From an uncultured Trueperaceae bacterium (lineage in GTDB: Bacteria > Deinococcota > Deinococci > Deinococcales > Trueperaceae), in NCBI GenBank assembly GCA_963799485.1, contig CAWCXJ010000008.1, forward strand, positions 311,526 through 375,525: 64,000 nucleotides of DNA. The letters are read 5' to 3'. Within the stretch, counting starts at the first letter, position 1, and each line of letters begins with the position of its first letter. Of this stretch, positions 29,472-39,975 are shown one piece after another. A program made the translations under genes and the position numbers. The notes beneath the pieces are model-generated. The model was not told where the DNA came from, did not search any database, and saw nothing but the letters and a program-made list of their open reading frames with translations.

Positions 29472-30836
29472 ATGGATTTTGATCTCATTGTTATCGGTGC
29501 AGGACAAGCGGGCGGGCCGCTCGCGAGCGCAGCAGCTAAAGCAGGCAAGCGCGTCGCCTTAATCGAACGCCAACACGTCGGGGGCACGTGCGTCAACGAC
29601 GGGTGTACGCCGACCAAAACGATGGTAGCGAGTGCGCGCGTTGCGTATCTTGCCCGCCGCAGCACAGATTACGGCGTCCATACGGAGCCGGTGAGCATTG
29701 ACATGGAGAAGGTGCGAGCGCGCAAACGTAAAGTTGTCGCGTCGTTTCGGGACGGCAGCCAGGAGAGTTATGAAAAAAACGAAAACATCGACCTCATCTG
29801 GGGTGAAGCCAGATTTACCGGCGACAAAACGGTTTCCGTGGCTCTTAACAGCGGCGGCGAACGGACTTTAAGCGCAAGTACCATCGTCATCAACGCCGGA
29901 CAACGCCCAAGCATCCCGTCCATCGACGGCTTGAAAGACACGCCACACCTCACCTCGACCTCGGTGATGGAGCTTGGCGAGGTACCTGAACATCTCGTCA
30001 TCCTGGGCGGTGGGTACGTCGGGCTCGAGTTCGCGCAGATGTTTCGCCGCTTCGGCAGTGAGGTCACGGTCGTTCAGCGCGGCGAGCAGCTCTTGCCGCG
30101 TGAGGACAAGGACGTCGCGGGCGCCGTAGCCGACATCTTGCGTGAGGACGGCGTAACGGTGCTTTTGGGCGCGACGACGGAGAAGGTCGGCGCCGAAAAC
30201 GGCGTGACGCTCACCCTGGGGGGCAACAAGACCGTTTCAGGCTCGCATCTGCTGGTAGCGACCGGACGCACGCCGAACAGCAACTTTTTGAATCTCGAGG
30301 CGACCGGCGTCAAGACGGACAAAAAAGGGTATATCGAGGTGGACGAAAAGCTTCAGACCAACGTCGCCGGCGTGTACGCGCTCGGCGACGTCAAAGGTGG
30401 CCCGGCTTTTACCCACATCTCGTATGACGACTTTCGCATCGTCAAGGCCAATCTACTAGACGGTAAACACGAGACGATTCAGGGCCGCCCGGTGCCTTAC
30501 ACGGTCTTTATCGACCCGCAACTTGGACGTGTAGGTCTGAGCGAAAAGGACGCGAAAGAGCAGGGGCAAGCCTTTAAGGTCGCCAAGCTGCCGATGACCC
30601 GTGTCGCGCGGGCGATTGAAACCGACGAGACGCGCGGGTTTATGAAAGCGCTCATCGACCCGGAGACCGAGCAGATTTTAGGCGCGGCGATTTTAGGGCT
30701 AGAGGGCGGCGAAATCATGAGCGTGTTGCAGGTGGCGATGATGGGCAAGTTGCCCTACACGGCGCTGCGCGATTCGCCGTTTGCCCATCCGACTCTGAGC
30801 GAGTCGCTCAACAACCTGTTTATGACGCTCGAGTGA
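29472..30836 (+). CDS. Class I pyridine nucleotide-disulfide oxidoreductase (mercuric-reductase-like/RclA-like)
   Basis: [13 protein letters not shown] redox disulfide, [14 protein letters not shown]; lacks the MerA C-terminal Cys pair. Confidence 0.88.
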   Translation: MDFDLIVIGAGQAGGPLASAAAKAGKRVALIERQHVGGTCVNDGCTPTKTMVASARVAYLARRSTDYGVHTEPVSIDMEKVRARKRKVVASFRDGSQESYEKNENIDLIWGEARFTGDKTVSVALNSGGERTLSASTIVINAGQRPSIPSIDGLKDTPHLTSTSVMELGEVPEHLVILGGGYVGLEFAQMFRRFGSEVTVVQRGEQLLPREDKDVAGAVADILREDGVTVLLGATTEKVGAENGVTLTLGGNKTVSGSHLLVATGRTPNSNFLNLEATGVKTDKKGYIEVDEKLQTNVAGVYALGDVKGGPAFTHISYDDFRIVKANLLDGKHETIQGRPVPYTVFIDPQLGRVGLSEKDAKEQGQAFKVAKLPMTRVARAIETDETRGFMKALIDPETEQILGAAILGLEGGEIMSVLQVAMMGKLPYTALRDSPFAHPTLSESLNNLFMTLE

Positions 30837-31627
30837 CTACGCCGACGCTAGCTGTTTCTGACAGCCCCCTGGCACGTTCGCTGCTTCGTGAACAGAAGCT
30901 GGCAGTGCTGGAGACCGGCGGGCCGTTGACCGCTTCAGCTGCAACCGAGTTTCTAGGTCAGCGCTGGCTGCTCCACAACGGTGTCTGGAACTGGTCGTTG
31001 GCGCACCCTGAAGTACTAGCACAGCAAGATGTGCTGACAGCAACCCGAAATGCGCTCGAGCAGACACGTGCTCCCTGGCTGAGCGTCCATCTTGGCTTCA
31101 GCGCTTCACAAGTGACTTTCAATGAGGGAATGTACCCGGCATCGGAAACGTTGGAACGAGACAAGCTCATCGCACAAATAACTTATACCGTAAATATGCT
31201 TAAGGAGACACTTGGCGTCCCGCTCTTACTCGAAAATCTCAACTATAACGCAACCGGAGCCTATGAGCATATCTGTGAGCCCGAAGTTATCCGCACAGTA
31301 TTGGCGGCAACCGATACCTACCTGCTTCTCGACCTTGCTCATGCACAGGTTAGCGCCTCGCGCTTGGGTTTCGCACTTGACGAATATCTAGCGAAGCTAC
31401 CGCTGGAACGCGTAAAGCAGCTTCACATAAGCAGCCCGCGTTTAATTGGAAAAACTTTTGCCGATGTCCATGAGACCTTGCGCGAGCCAGATTACAAACT
31501 GCTAGAGCGGATACTCAGGCAGACCGAACCCTGGGCCGTAACACTCGAGTATTACCGAGATGCCGAAGCCTTGCTCGAACAAGCGGAGCGGCTCTCGAAC
31601 AAGCGGAGCGGCTCGGGAACCTACTGA
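30833..31627 (+). CDS. DUF692 family multinuclear non-heme iron enzyme (MNIO-like)
   Basis: [41 protein letters not shown] overlap with the upstream gene. Confidence 0.72.
   Translation: MTTPTLAVSDSPLARSLLREQKLAVLETGGPLTASAATEFLGQRWLLHNGVWNWSLAHPEVLAQQDVLTATRNALEQTRAPWLSVHLGFSASQVTFNEGMYPASETLERDKLIAQITYTVNMLKETLGVPLLLENLNYNATGAYEHICEPEVIRTVLAATDTYLLLDLAHAQVSASRLGFALDEYLAKLPLERVKQLHISSPRLIGKTFADVHETLREPDYKLLERILRQTEPWAVTLEYYRDAEALLEQAERLSNKRSGSGTY
31574..31613. repeat. Exact 20-bp tandem duplication CTCGAACAAGCGGAGCGGCT x2
   Basis: Read directly in the sequence. Confidence 0.95.
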
Positions 31628-31651
31628 ATGGGTAGCGCGCTAGACTAGCGT

Positions 31652-32089
31652 ATGGCTGAAACCGTCTTTAGTCTTCTCAACATCTTGCCCTTACCGATCT
31701 GGCTCGGGATGCTGCTCTTTCCCAAAACGCGCTTTACCCAAAAGGTCGTGCAGGCGTACTGGCCCTACATCGCGCTGGCGGGCGTTTACGCGCTCTTGCT
31801 TGCCGGGGCGCTCGTAACCGGCACCGGCTTCGACTTGTCCCTTGACGGTTTACGGCGGGGGTTGAGCCTCGAGTGGGGCTTTTTAGCAGTGTGGGCGCAC
31901 GTGTTGACCCTCGACCTGTTCGCCGGGGTGTGGGTGTTCCGCGACGCCAAATACTGGGGGATGGAGCCGCGCCTCTACGTCCTGGTAACGCTTTTTGCGG
32001 GGCCGCTCGGGTTAGGTGCGTACTTGCTGGCGCGGCAAAGACGTTCAAAAGACGACCCGATCAAGTTTGTGAACAGGCCGCTCAACTAG
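31652..32089 (+). CDS. ABA4-like (DUF4281) membrane protein
   Basis: WAHVLTLDLFAG.W, TLFAGPLGL..YL. Confidence 0.82.
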   Translation: MAETVFSLLNILPLPIWLGMLLFPKTRFTQKVVQAYWPYIALAGVYALLLAGALVTGTGFDLSLDGLRRGLSLEWGFLAVWAHVLTLDLFAGVWVFRDAKYWGMEPRLYVLVTLFAGPLGLGAYLLARQRRSKDDPIKFVNRPLN

Positions 32090-32148
32090 CTCCGGTACAG
32101 GGCAGAAGTACGCCGCTTTGGGCTTCCGAGATGATAGCGTCTAGAACG

Positions 32149-32823
32149 ATGCTCCGCACTCTTTCTCTTCTCGTCAAACGTGCGCTCGACCTGGTGGTCG
32201 CGTTTACGGCGCTCTTCGTCTTGTCGCCCCTGTTACTCGTCACCGGGCTTTTGATTTTGCTCGAGGACGGTCGCCCTATCTTTTTCCGGCAGACCCGCGC
32301 CGGACGGGGCGGAGAGCCGTTTTTCATCTTTAAGTTTCGTAGCATGAGGGTCAACAACGCGCCTGTTGCCAGCATGGGCGCAGTGACGGGTTCACATCCT
32401 TTGGTCACACGCGTAGGCCGCTTTATCCGGCGCACCAAGATCGACGAATTGCCGCAACTCTTAAACGTCCTGACCGGCGAGCTGAGCTTGGTCGGCCCGC
32501 GCCCGACCTTACGGGAGCAGGTCGCCGAATACGATACTTTCGAGCAGAGGCGGCTGGCGATGAAACCCGGCGTGACGGGCTGGGCGCAGGTTTGCGGCGG
32601 TATCTACCTGCCGTGGGAAGAGCGTATCGCCCTCGACGTTTGGTATACCGACAATTGGTCTTTGGGGCTCGACTTTGAGACTTTGGTGCGGACGGTCGGC
32701 GTCATCGTTTTCGGTGAAAAACTCAACCATAAAGCACTCGAGAAAGCGTTGGTACATGAACGCGCCTACGGTCACGGCGCGGTGAGAGTCGGCGGTTGGC
32801 GCTCGGAAAAGCCGCTGGGCTAG
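32149..32823 (+). CDS. Sugar transferase (phosphoglycosyl transferase, Bac_transf family)
   Basis: KRALD, FKFRSM, IDELPQL, SLVGPRP, KPGVTGWAQ; start uncertain (32131 or 32149). Confidence 0.9.
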   Translation: MLRTLSLLVKRALDLVVAFTALFVLSPLLLVTGLLILLEDGRPIFFRQTRAGRGGEPFFIFKFRSMRVNNAPVASMGAVTGSHPLVTRVGRFIRRTKIDELPQLLNVLTGELSLVGPRPTLREQVAEYDTFEQRRLAMKPGVTGWAQVCGGIYLPWEERIALDVWYTDNWSLGLDFETLVRTVGVIVFGEKLNHKALEKALVHERAYGHGAVRVGGWRSEKPLG

Positions 32824-32937
32824 AGCCGCGGTAAGTACCGAGTCGGTAACAACACACTTGGAAGACTCAAGTTTCACTCTACATTGCTCTCGCTGACGCG
32901 CCTTAATGATTCATCCGGTTAGTTCATATCAGGCTCA

Positions 32938-33903
32938 CTACGGGGACAAAAGTTTAAGACAGGTATCTAAGGATACCTTGGCGGGCTTATCAGGCAGAGC
33001 GAGGAGCGCAGTTCTCAGATAAGTCAGACCTCTTTTGAAGAAACTGATGGGCAGGTAGCCGTGTTTTTTAAGTGACAGCGGTCTTTGCTGATGAACTCAT
33101 TCACCTAACAGATGTGCCCAGGAAAAAGCGATAGCAAGCATGGCGATCAGGTTGTCGAGCTTGTCAGTCCGGGTCAAACGGGTATCTTCGAGGTTAAAGC
33201 CTCTGGTTTTGAGGGCCGAAAACAGACACTCGATGTTCCAGCGTTCGGCGTAGCGGAGCAGTGCCCGCTCAGGCTTATGCGTACAAGCCAGCACGACAAG
33301 CTCACCCTGCTGCGATTTGGTGAGGGCAAGCTGCAAGCGCAAGCCGTAAATCCAGACACGTTTGGGGCAAACATAAGTTTTCCGACGAGCAAGGTAGCCG
33401 TAACGCTTGGCGACAGACTTGTACGAACCTTTGGAGCCTATGAGTGTGTTGTTTCTAAGCCGCATGATAAAGCAGAGCATGCGTTGCTTGAGCCCTTCGA
33501 ACCAGGCTTTACCGATAAACCCCCTGTCAGCCACAAGCGCGTCAATCTTCGTGGCACTCAGGAACTGCAAAAGCGTGTCAAGCAAAGCAAGCCGTTCACG
33601 AGTATTGCTGTTACCGTTCTTGTCTAAGCGCTGCCACAATAGCGGAAAAGCAAGCCCCTTATGACATACGGCAATCATCAGTAGATTCACCTCAATCCCG
33701 CCCACGGCCCAATTCGTGCGGTCTAAGCTTAGCGTGTAGCTCTCTGAGTACGGTATCAGTTTGAGCATCAGCCTGGCAAAGCTGGTCTTTTCCAAGCTTA
33801 CTTCGCCAAAAAACCGTTTTAAGCGTTTTTCGTTCGACTCTGGAAATACACCTGGATTCAAGGCACTCGCAACGCAAGTCAGGCTGACCGTCCTCACCAC
33901 AAT
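32938..33903 (-). pseudogene. IS4-family (IS10-like) transposase remnant, 5'-truncated with an internal nonsense codon
   Basis: SLDRTNW, GNSN, ADRGFIG, YAERWNIECLFSALKTRGFNLEDT; TGA at 33097-33099, then the frame continues ...KKHGY...FFKRGL...KLLSP* to 32938. Confidence 0.85.
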
Positions 33904-33942
33904 TGGAGTTGGTGGGGGTCGAACGGACACAAGAAGTTTAGC

Positions 33943-34822
33943 TTACGCCGCTAGCCTTGCCAAGCCTTGGTTTTCGAACTCTGTAGGGCTGCGGTATCCC
34001 AAGCTGCTGTGCAGCCGCTGGCGGTTGTAGAAGCCCTCTATGTATTCGAACACGGCGAGCCTAGCTTCTTCGCGGGTAGCGAAGGTTCTTTGATAGACAA
34101 GTTCTTTTTTTAGCGTGGCGAAGAAGCTTTCGATGTGGGCGTTGTCGAGGCAGGCTCCTGTACCCGTGAAGCTAGGGCGCATCCCCCAGGCCGCCAGCTC
34201 GCGCTGGTAAGCGTAGGAAGTATATTGACTACCCTTATCGCTGTGACAGATGAGCCCTCTGGGTGTGCAGCGCTGCTTCGTCGCCATCCTCAGCGCTTGG
34301 ATCACGAGAGCGGTTTTCATGTTGTCGCTCATGGCGTAGCCGACGATGCGCTTTGAGTAAGCGTCCATGACTGCAGCTAGGTAAAGCCAGCCTTCGCTCG
34401 TCTTCACGAAGGTGATATCCGAATACCAGACCTGATTTGCCTCGACGATGTTGAGCTTGGGAATGAGCAGGTTCGCTGTTTCTAACAACACCTCGGGCGT
34501 CTTGCGACGCTTATACTTGCGCTCTGGTACGGCGTAGAGCCCAGCCTGTCGCATCAACCTTTTGACGCGCCTTAAAGCGCACACGACCCGGCGCTTACGC
34601 AGTTTGGCGTGGACACGCGGGCTGCCGTAGCGCTTGCCGCTCTCCTCGAAGATAGTGGTGATCTGCTTCGAGCAGCGCAGCGGCGTCCTGCTCGCGTTCA
34701 GATGGTTCCTGGCAGGCTCGGGCTAAGTAGTCATAGAGCCCGCTCCTCGACACCTTCATCACGCTGCACAGCACCCTCACTGGGTAGAGGTACCGGTGCT
34801 CGGCGACGAAGCTAAACCTCAC
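33943..34822 (-). pseudogene. IS3 OrfB (DDE integrase core), frameshifted near 34667
   Basis: WYSDIT, HSDKGSQY, DNAHIESFF, YNRQRLHSSLGY; N-terminal part (34822) is out of frame by one extra base. Confidence 0.82.
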
Positions 34823-35121
34823 CTCTGGTTCCTCGCGAAGAACGCACTCGCCTTTTTTAGGATCTCGTTCTCCATCTCGAGCCGCTTGTTCTCAGCTCTG
34901 AGCCGCCGGACTTCGGCCTCCTGCTCGGTAGGTTGCGCCCGTCTGTGCCCCGGCGCGAGTCGTCCCTCCCTATACTGCCGCCGCCAGTTCGTCAGGTTCG
35001 ACTTCGGAATGCCTAGCCGCTGTGCTGCCTCGGGCACGCTGTAGCCCTGCTCCTCGACTAGCCGCACCGCGTCTAGCTTGAACTCCCTCTCGTACTGCCT
35101 CGTTATGCGCTTCTCGCTCAC
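34819..35121 (-). CDS. IS3 OrfA (HTH transposase subunit)
   Basis: YEREFKLDAVRLV, HTH, leucine zipper LRAENKRLEMENEILKKA. Confidence 0.88.
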   Translation of the reverse strand: MSEKRITRQYEREFKLDAVRLVEEQGYSVPEAAQRLGIPKSNLTNWRRQYREGRLAPGHRRAQPTEQEAEVRRLRAENKRLEMENEILKKASAFFARNQR

Positions 35122-35269
35122 TTGGACTCCCTCCGAAACGGTCAACCCGTCTCTACTTTAGGTGTCCGTTACCCTGTCTCCAAGTCCACTTTTGGCTTCG
35201 CTCTTATTTCGCAGAGGATTTAATGTATAACACGCCGCTCACGCGGCAGATACGCTACACTTTGAGCCT

Positions 35270-35974
35270 ATGGGACTCCTCGAGGTCATCGGCCCGGTCA
35301 TGGTGGGGCCGTCTAGCAGCCACACCGCCGGGGCGTGCCGGTTGGCGCTGCTGGCACGGCATACGCTCTTAACAGAACCCCGCCAGGCAACGCTGAGCCT
35401 GCACGGTTCGTTTGCCAAAACTGCCAAGGGTCACGGTACCGACCGGGCGCTCGCCGGGGGCCTGCTCGGTTACGCGCCCGACGACGCGCGGATTCCGGAC
35501 GCGCTCGAGAGGGCAAAGCAGGCGGGCCTCGAGCTTCACTTTGAAACCAAAGACCTGGGCGATGTTCACCCTAACACCGTGAAGTTTACCCTCGCGGGTG
35601 AGAACGAAATAGGGCACGAGAAAGTTGAGCTGCTGGGCTCGAGTCTCGGCGGGGGGCTCGTCCGGGTGGCTAAAGTGGGCGGGTTCGAAACGAATTTTAC
35701 GGGTGCGTACCATACGCTGCTCCTGCGCCACACCGACCAGACCGGGGTGATTGCGACCGTCGCGCGGGTTCTAGCCGACGACGCCGTAAACATTGCTACG
35801 CTGACCTGTGCCCGTCATTCACATAGGGGGCGACGCGGGGAAACGGCGCTGATGGCGCTCGAGCTGGAAACGGCTCCTGCCGGACATGTACTGACGTATT
35901 TGTCGCAACTCGGCGTCGTGGCTTGGCTCAGGTTGTTACCGAACGTGATGCGCGGGTCAGGGGAAGACAGATGA
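35270..35974 (+). CDS. sdaAB: L-serine dehydratase beta subunit
   Basis: [30 protein letters not shown]-terminal ACT domain. Confidence 0.92.
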   Translation: MGLLEVIGPVMVGPSSSHTAGACRLALLARHTLLTEPRQATLSLHGSFAKTAKGHGTDRALAGGLLGYAPDDARIPDALERAKQAGLELHFETKDLGDVHPNTVKFTLAGENEIGHEKVELLGSSLGGGLVRVAKVGGFETNFTGAYHTLLLRHTDQTGVIATVARVLADDAVNIATLTCARHSHRGRRGETALMALELETAPAGHVLTYLSQLGVVAWLRLLPNVMRGSGEDR

Positions 35975-36810
35975 CGCTCAACGAACTGATGAACGTTTCC
36001 GGGAAGGCTTCCGAGGCGGTTTTGAACGACACAACTCCGCCCGAAGAGCAAGCTGCGCTGCTAGATGCCATGCGTGGACGCTTAGGCGAGATGCGCGGCT
36101 CTATCGTGCGCGGTCTGGCGTCCGACGCCCCGAGCCGTACCGGGATGGTCGGTTGGAACGCCAAAACCTTGTGGGAAGCCCCGGACGCGCTCCAGGCACC
36201 CCTCTTGAAACGCGTGCAAGCTTACGCGATGGCGGTCAACGAAGAAAACGCGCGGATGGGCCGTATCGTCGCTGCACCGACTGCGGGCAGTGCCGGAACC
36301 GTACCGGGTGCGCTAATCGGTGTGGGCGACGAACTAGGTTTGAACGACGACGATCTGCTCATGCCGCTCGTTTTAGCTGCCGGTATCGGTGAAGTCATCT
36401 CCCAAACGATGTTTATCGCCGGGGCGACGGGTGGGTGCGGCGCGGAGATCGGGTCGTCGGCAGCGATGGCGGCGGCGGCGGTGTGTGAACTGTTAGGCGG
36501 TGACGCAAAACAGGCCGTTCATGCGGCGGCGCTGGCGCTGGTTAACACCATTGGGCTGGTGTGCGACCCGGTAGGCGGTTACGTCGAGGTGCCGTGCGTC
36601 TCACGCAACGCCTTTTACAGCGTCCACGCGGTCTCGGCGGCGCAGCTCGCGCGCGCCGGGCTGACTTCGTTTATTCCGCCCGATGAGGTCGTCTCGGCGA
36701 TGGCCTCAGTCGGTCGGATGCTCCCGCCCGAACTGCGCGAAACCGGCGAAGGCGGCATTGCCGATACGCCTACGGGCCGGATGATTGCCCTCAAAATGGC
36801 TGATCATTAG
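35971..36810 (+). CDS. sdaAA: L-serine dehydratase alpha subunit
   Basis: [39 protein letters not shown]. Confidence 0.92.
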   Translation: MTLNELMNVSGKASEAVLNDTTPPEEQAALLDAMRGRLGEMRGSIVRGLASDAPSRTGMVGWNAKTLWEAPDALQAPLLKRVQAYAMAVNEENARMGRIVAAPTAGSAGTVPGALIGVGDELGLNDDDLLMPLVLAAGIGEVISQTMFIAGATGGCGAEIGSSAAMAAAAVCELLGGDAKQAVHAAALALVNTIGLVCDPVGGYVEVPCVSRNAFYSVHAVSAAQLARAGLTSFIPPDEVVSAMASVGRMLPPELRETGEGGIADTPTGRMIALKMADH

Positions 36811-36961
36811 ACCCTGACGATTGGCGTCAGACGTTCTTGAACATTGCCCTCGCCTACCGAAAAACGACCTTCCAGACATAAGAAGCGCTACAAAGTGAAG
36901 GTGCCTCTACGCCTATGATAAGGGGACTAGGGCAGGCGTACCGGAGCCTGTCGGGAGGCAC

Positions 36962-38335
36962 ATGACGCAACCAGACAATACGAGCAAAAAACCGAGAATC
37001 GTCATTATCGGCGCGGGTTTTGTCGGACTCTACGCCACCAAAGCGTTGCGTAAAGCCGACGCTGAAGTCGTTCTTATCGACCAGAATAACTACCACACAT
37101 TTCAACCGCTGATTTATCAGGTGGCGACGGCGGGCCTCGAGCCCCAAGAGGTCGCCCAGGCCGTTCGCACCATCTTTCAGCGGCAAAAAAACCTGACCTT
37201 TCGACAAGCGACGGTTGAAGACGTCGATTGGGACGCCAAAACCCTGGCGCTCGTCGGCGGCGACACGCTCCCGTTCGACTACCTCATCATCGGGGCAGGC
37301 GCGGTTTACAACGACTTCGGCATTCCGGGCGTCAAAGAACACGCGTTTTACGTCAAGAGCCTGACCGAAGCCGTCAATATCCGCAGCCATATCTTGCGCC
37401 AGTTCGAGCAGGCCTCCGCCGACCCCAGCCTGATCGGTAAAGGCGCGCTCAACGTGGTGATCGTCGGCGGTGGGCCGACCGGGGTCGAGATGGCGGGGGC
37501 GTTGTCCGAGCTGTTCGGACGCGTGTTGCCCGGAGATTACCCCGACCTCGAGGTGTCGCGGGCGCGGATTATTCTAATTGAGATGCTCGATTATCTGCTG
37601 CCGCCTTACGGCGACAAGTCGCGCCACTACGCTGAGATGGTCTTGCGCGAACGCGGCGTCGATTTGCGGCTCGGGGAGGCGCTCGCCGAAGCGCGCGAAC
37701 ACGAGGTCGAGCTTAAAAGCGGGGAAGTTATCCCGTCTGGAACGCTGATTTGGGCCGCCGGGGTGCGCGGACATCCGCTTGTCGATGCTTTAGATGTCCC
37801 GCTCGAGAAGGGCTACCGCGTCAAAGTCAACCCCGACCTGAGCCTGCCCGGTCGCCCGTATGCGTTTGCCGCCGGGGACATCTCGGGGGCCAAAGATGAA
37901 TCCGGCAAGCTGTACCCGCAGGTCGCGCAGGTCGCCATTCAGCAGGGACGGTTTGCCGCTAAAACCATCCTGAACGAACTCAAGGGCAACCGCGACCGGG
38001 GCCGCTTCAGCTATTTCGACAAGGGCAACATGGCGATTATCGGGCGTAATGCGGGCGTCGCGGAGTTGTCCAAAGTCTTTCTCGGGTTGCGTCTGCGCGG
38101 GTTTTTGGGCTGGTTGTCGTGGCTTTTTATCCACCTCGTGTACCTGCCGGGCTACCGCAACCGCCTCGGCGCGTTGACCGACTGGGCGTACAACTACTTT
38201 ACCTTCGACCGCCGCGCCCGCCTCATTACCGATATGACCCCATCTCCCGCCGAAGTTGCCGACCGCACCGACCAGAAAGTTTCCGACGTAGAAGCCTCGA
38301 GGCGGGGCCGAAAAGCGCAGTTTGCCGCCAAATAA
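36962..38335 (+). CDS. ndh: Type II NADH dehydrogenase family flavoprotein
   Basis: GAGFVG, FQPLIYQVAT, GGGPTGVE, AQVAIQQG, DKGNMA. Confidence 0.85.
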   Translation: MTQPDNTSKKPRIVIIGAGFVGLYATKALRKADAEVVLIDQNNYHTFQPLIYQVATAGLEPQEVAQAVRTIFQRQKNLTFRQATVEDVDWDAKTLALVGGDTLPFDYLIIGAGAVYNDFGIPGVKEHAFYVKSLTEAVNIRSHILRQFEQASADPSLIGKGALNVVIVGGGPTGVEMAGALSELFGRVLPGDYPDLEVSRARIILIEMLDYLLPPYGDKSRHYAEMVLRERGVDLRLGEALAEAREHEVELKSGEVIPSGTLIWAAGVRGHPLVDALDVPLEKGYRVKVNPDLSLPGRPYAFAAGDISGAKDESGKLYPQVAQVAIQQGRFAAKTILNELKGNRDRGRFSYFDKGNMAIIGRNAGVAELSKVFLGLRLRGFLGWLSWLFIHLVYLPGYRNRLGALTDWAYNYFTFDRRARLITDMTPSPAEVADRTDQKVSDVEASRRGRKAQFAAK

Positions 38336-38383
38336 CCAGGTTGACCGGACTATATTGACCGGACGATGGGGTAGCGTAGAGCG

Positions 38384-39214
38384 ATGAGCAATCAAGGCTT
38401 GACCCCTCACGCGCAGCAGGATTTTCTTCACACCGCAATTCGCGCCGCCCGCGCCGCCGCCCATATTCATCAGAGCGGCGTTGGGCAAGACCTAGACATC
38501 GCCACCAAATCGAACGAGACCGATCTGGTCACGCGCATCGACAAAGAGAGCGAAACGCGTATCCGCGAGATTTTGCTCACGGCCTACCCCGAACACGTCG
38601 TTTTGGGTGAGGAAGAAGGGCAAAGCGGCACGGGACAAAACGGTCAGGGTCTTTACCGCTGGATTGTCGACCCGTTAGACGGTACCCTCAACTACGCGCA
38701 CGGGTTTCCCTTTTACTGTGTGTCAATCGGGTTGGAGGTTGACGGACGGCTCGAGGTCGGCGTCGTCTTGGATTCAGTACGCAACGAACTTTTTACGGCG
38801 GTACGTGGCGGCGGCGCACTCTTAAACGGTGCGCCTATCACGGTGACAAAAGAGACCGAACTGCGCCGGAGCATGTTGGCGACCGGTTTTGCCTACGACC
38901 CGGACACGGCAGCAGACAATATCGAGGTGTTTAGCCGGATGCTGGGCCGTTGCCGCACGGTGCGGCGTCCCGGCGCAGCCGCGCTCGATTTGGCCTACGT
39001 CGCGTGTGGGCGCGTCGACGGCTTTTGGGAACTCAAACTCAACGCGTGGGACGTCGCCGCCGGCGTCTTGCTCGTCACTGAAGCGGGCGGACGGGTCACG
39101 GGTGGGACGGGCGAGCCGTATGAACTTGGGGGACGGGTGCTGGTCTCGAGCAACGGCGCAATCCACGCGTCGCTGGTGGAAACGCTCGCGCTGCCCGCTT
39201 CTTTACGCCGATGA
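38384..39214 (+). CDS. suhB: Inositol monophosphatase family protein
   Basis: DLVT, GEE, WIVDPLDGTLN, WDVAAG. Confidence 0.88.
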   Translation: MSNQGLTPHAQQDFLHTAIRAARAAAHIHQSGVGQDLDIATKSNETDLVTRIDKESETRIREILLTAYPEHVVLGEEEGQSGTGQNGQGLYRWIVDPLDGTLNYAHGFPFYCVSIGLEVDGRLEVGVVLDSVRNELFTAVRGGGALLNGAPITVTKETELRRSMLATGFAYDPDTAADNIEVFSRMLGRCRTVRRPGAAALDLAYVACGRVDGFWELKLNAWDVAAGVLLVTEAGGRVTGGTGEPYELGGRVLVSSNGAIHASLVETLALPASLRR

Positions 39215-39960
39215 ACACGCCCAAACGTCTGGTTCTAGACCTCGAGACGAAGCGTTCGTTCGCCGAGGTGGGCGGCGCAGAAAACCGCGCGCAACTCGGC
39301 GTCAGCGTCGTCGGGGTGTACGACTATGAAGGCGACCGGTTTCTGACCTTTCGTGAAGAACAGTTTGACGACCTGAGCGTTTTGCTCAAAAGTGCCGAAG
39401 AAATCGTCGGTTTTAATCTCATCGGTTTCGACTGGCCCGTGCTGGCGGCTGAACTCGGGCCGTGGGTCACGGAACTCCCGACTTTAGACCTGATGTTCGA
39501 GGCGCAAAAGGCGCTCGGTCGGCGTATTTCGCTCGACGCGCTGGCGCAGGCGACGCTCGGCAGCAGCAAACTCGGGTCGGGGTTGGACGCTTTCGAATAT
39601 TACCGCGCCGAAGATTGGGAGAAGCTCGAGCGTTACTGTCTCGAAGACGTTAAACTCACCCGCGATTTGTACGAATATGCCCGCAAATACGGGCAGTTAT
39701 TTTTTCAAAAAGGCCCCCGCCGCGCGCCTATCGCCATGAGCTTCGCCGAACACCCGCTCGCCCCGCTGTTTCGGGAGGCCGCTAAGACGCGCGGCAGCGT
39801 TCAGCTCAGTTACGGCGGCAAAACCCGGCAGGTTGACGTGACCTCGTTCGACGGGGCCTATGTGCGCGGCTTTTGTCATTTACGGCAAAAACAGCTGACG
39901 TTTCGGCTCGATAAGGTCGAAGACGCCGTAAAAGTGGCCTCGAGCACCCCCCTCTTTTAA
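39211..39960 (+). CDS. RNase_H_2-type DEDD 3'-5' exonuclease fused to a C-terminal WYL-like domain
   Basis: ExoI DLET, ExoII GFN..GFD, ExoIII YCLED; C-terminal LSYGG.TR.V...GFCHLRQ...TFRLDKV. Confidence 0.75.
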   Translation: MNTPKRLVLDLETKRSFAEVGGAENRAQLGVSVVGVYDYEGDRFLTFREEQFDDLSVLLKSAEEIVGFNLIGFDWPVLAAELGPWVTELPTLDLMFEAQKALGRRISLDALAQATLGSSKLGSGLDAFEYYRAEDWEKLERYCLEDVKLTRDLYEYARKYGQLFFQKGPRRAPIAMSFAEHPLAPLFREAAKTRGSVQLSYGGKTRQVDVTSFDGAYVRGFCHLRQKQLTFRLDKVEDAVKVASSTPLF

Positions 39961-39975
39961 GGTAGGCTGGCCCTG

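Larger units (their letters stand above)
33904..35188 (-). mobile_element. IS3-family insertion sequence (1285 bp)
   Basis: 27-bp imperfect terminal IRs TGGAGTTGG...AACGGACAC / TGGACTTGG...AACGGACAC, TG..CA ends; orfA and orfB; A AAA AAG slippery site at 34852-34858. Confidence 0.9.

Noticed and set aside
29472..30836. Mercury resistance gene merA
   Set aside because: No N-terminal HMA domain, no C-terminal Cys-Cys pair, and no merR/T/P nearby
31873..32148. Long N-terminal extension of the sugar transferase ORF
   Set aside because: Overlaps the ABA4-like gene; family similarity starts only near 32149
33097..33930. Intact 277-aa transposase
   Set aside because: Its start lies inside the IS3 terminal repeat and its stop is premature; it is a chimeric remnant
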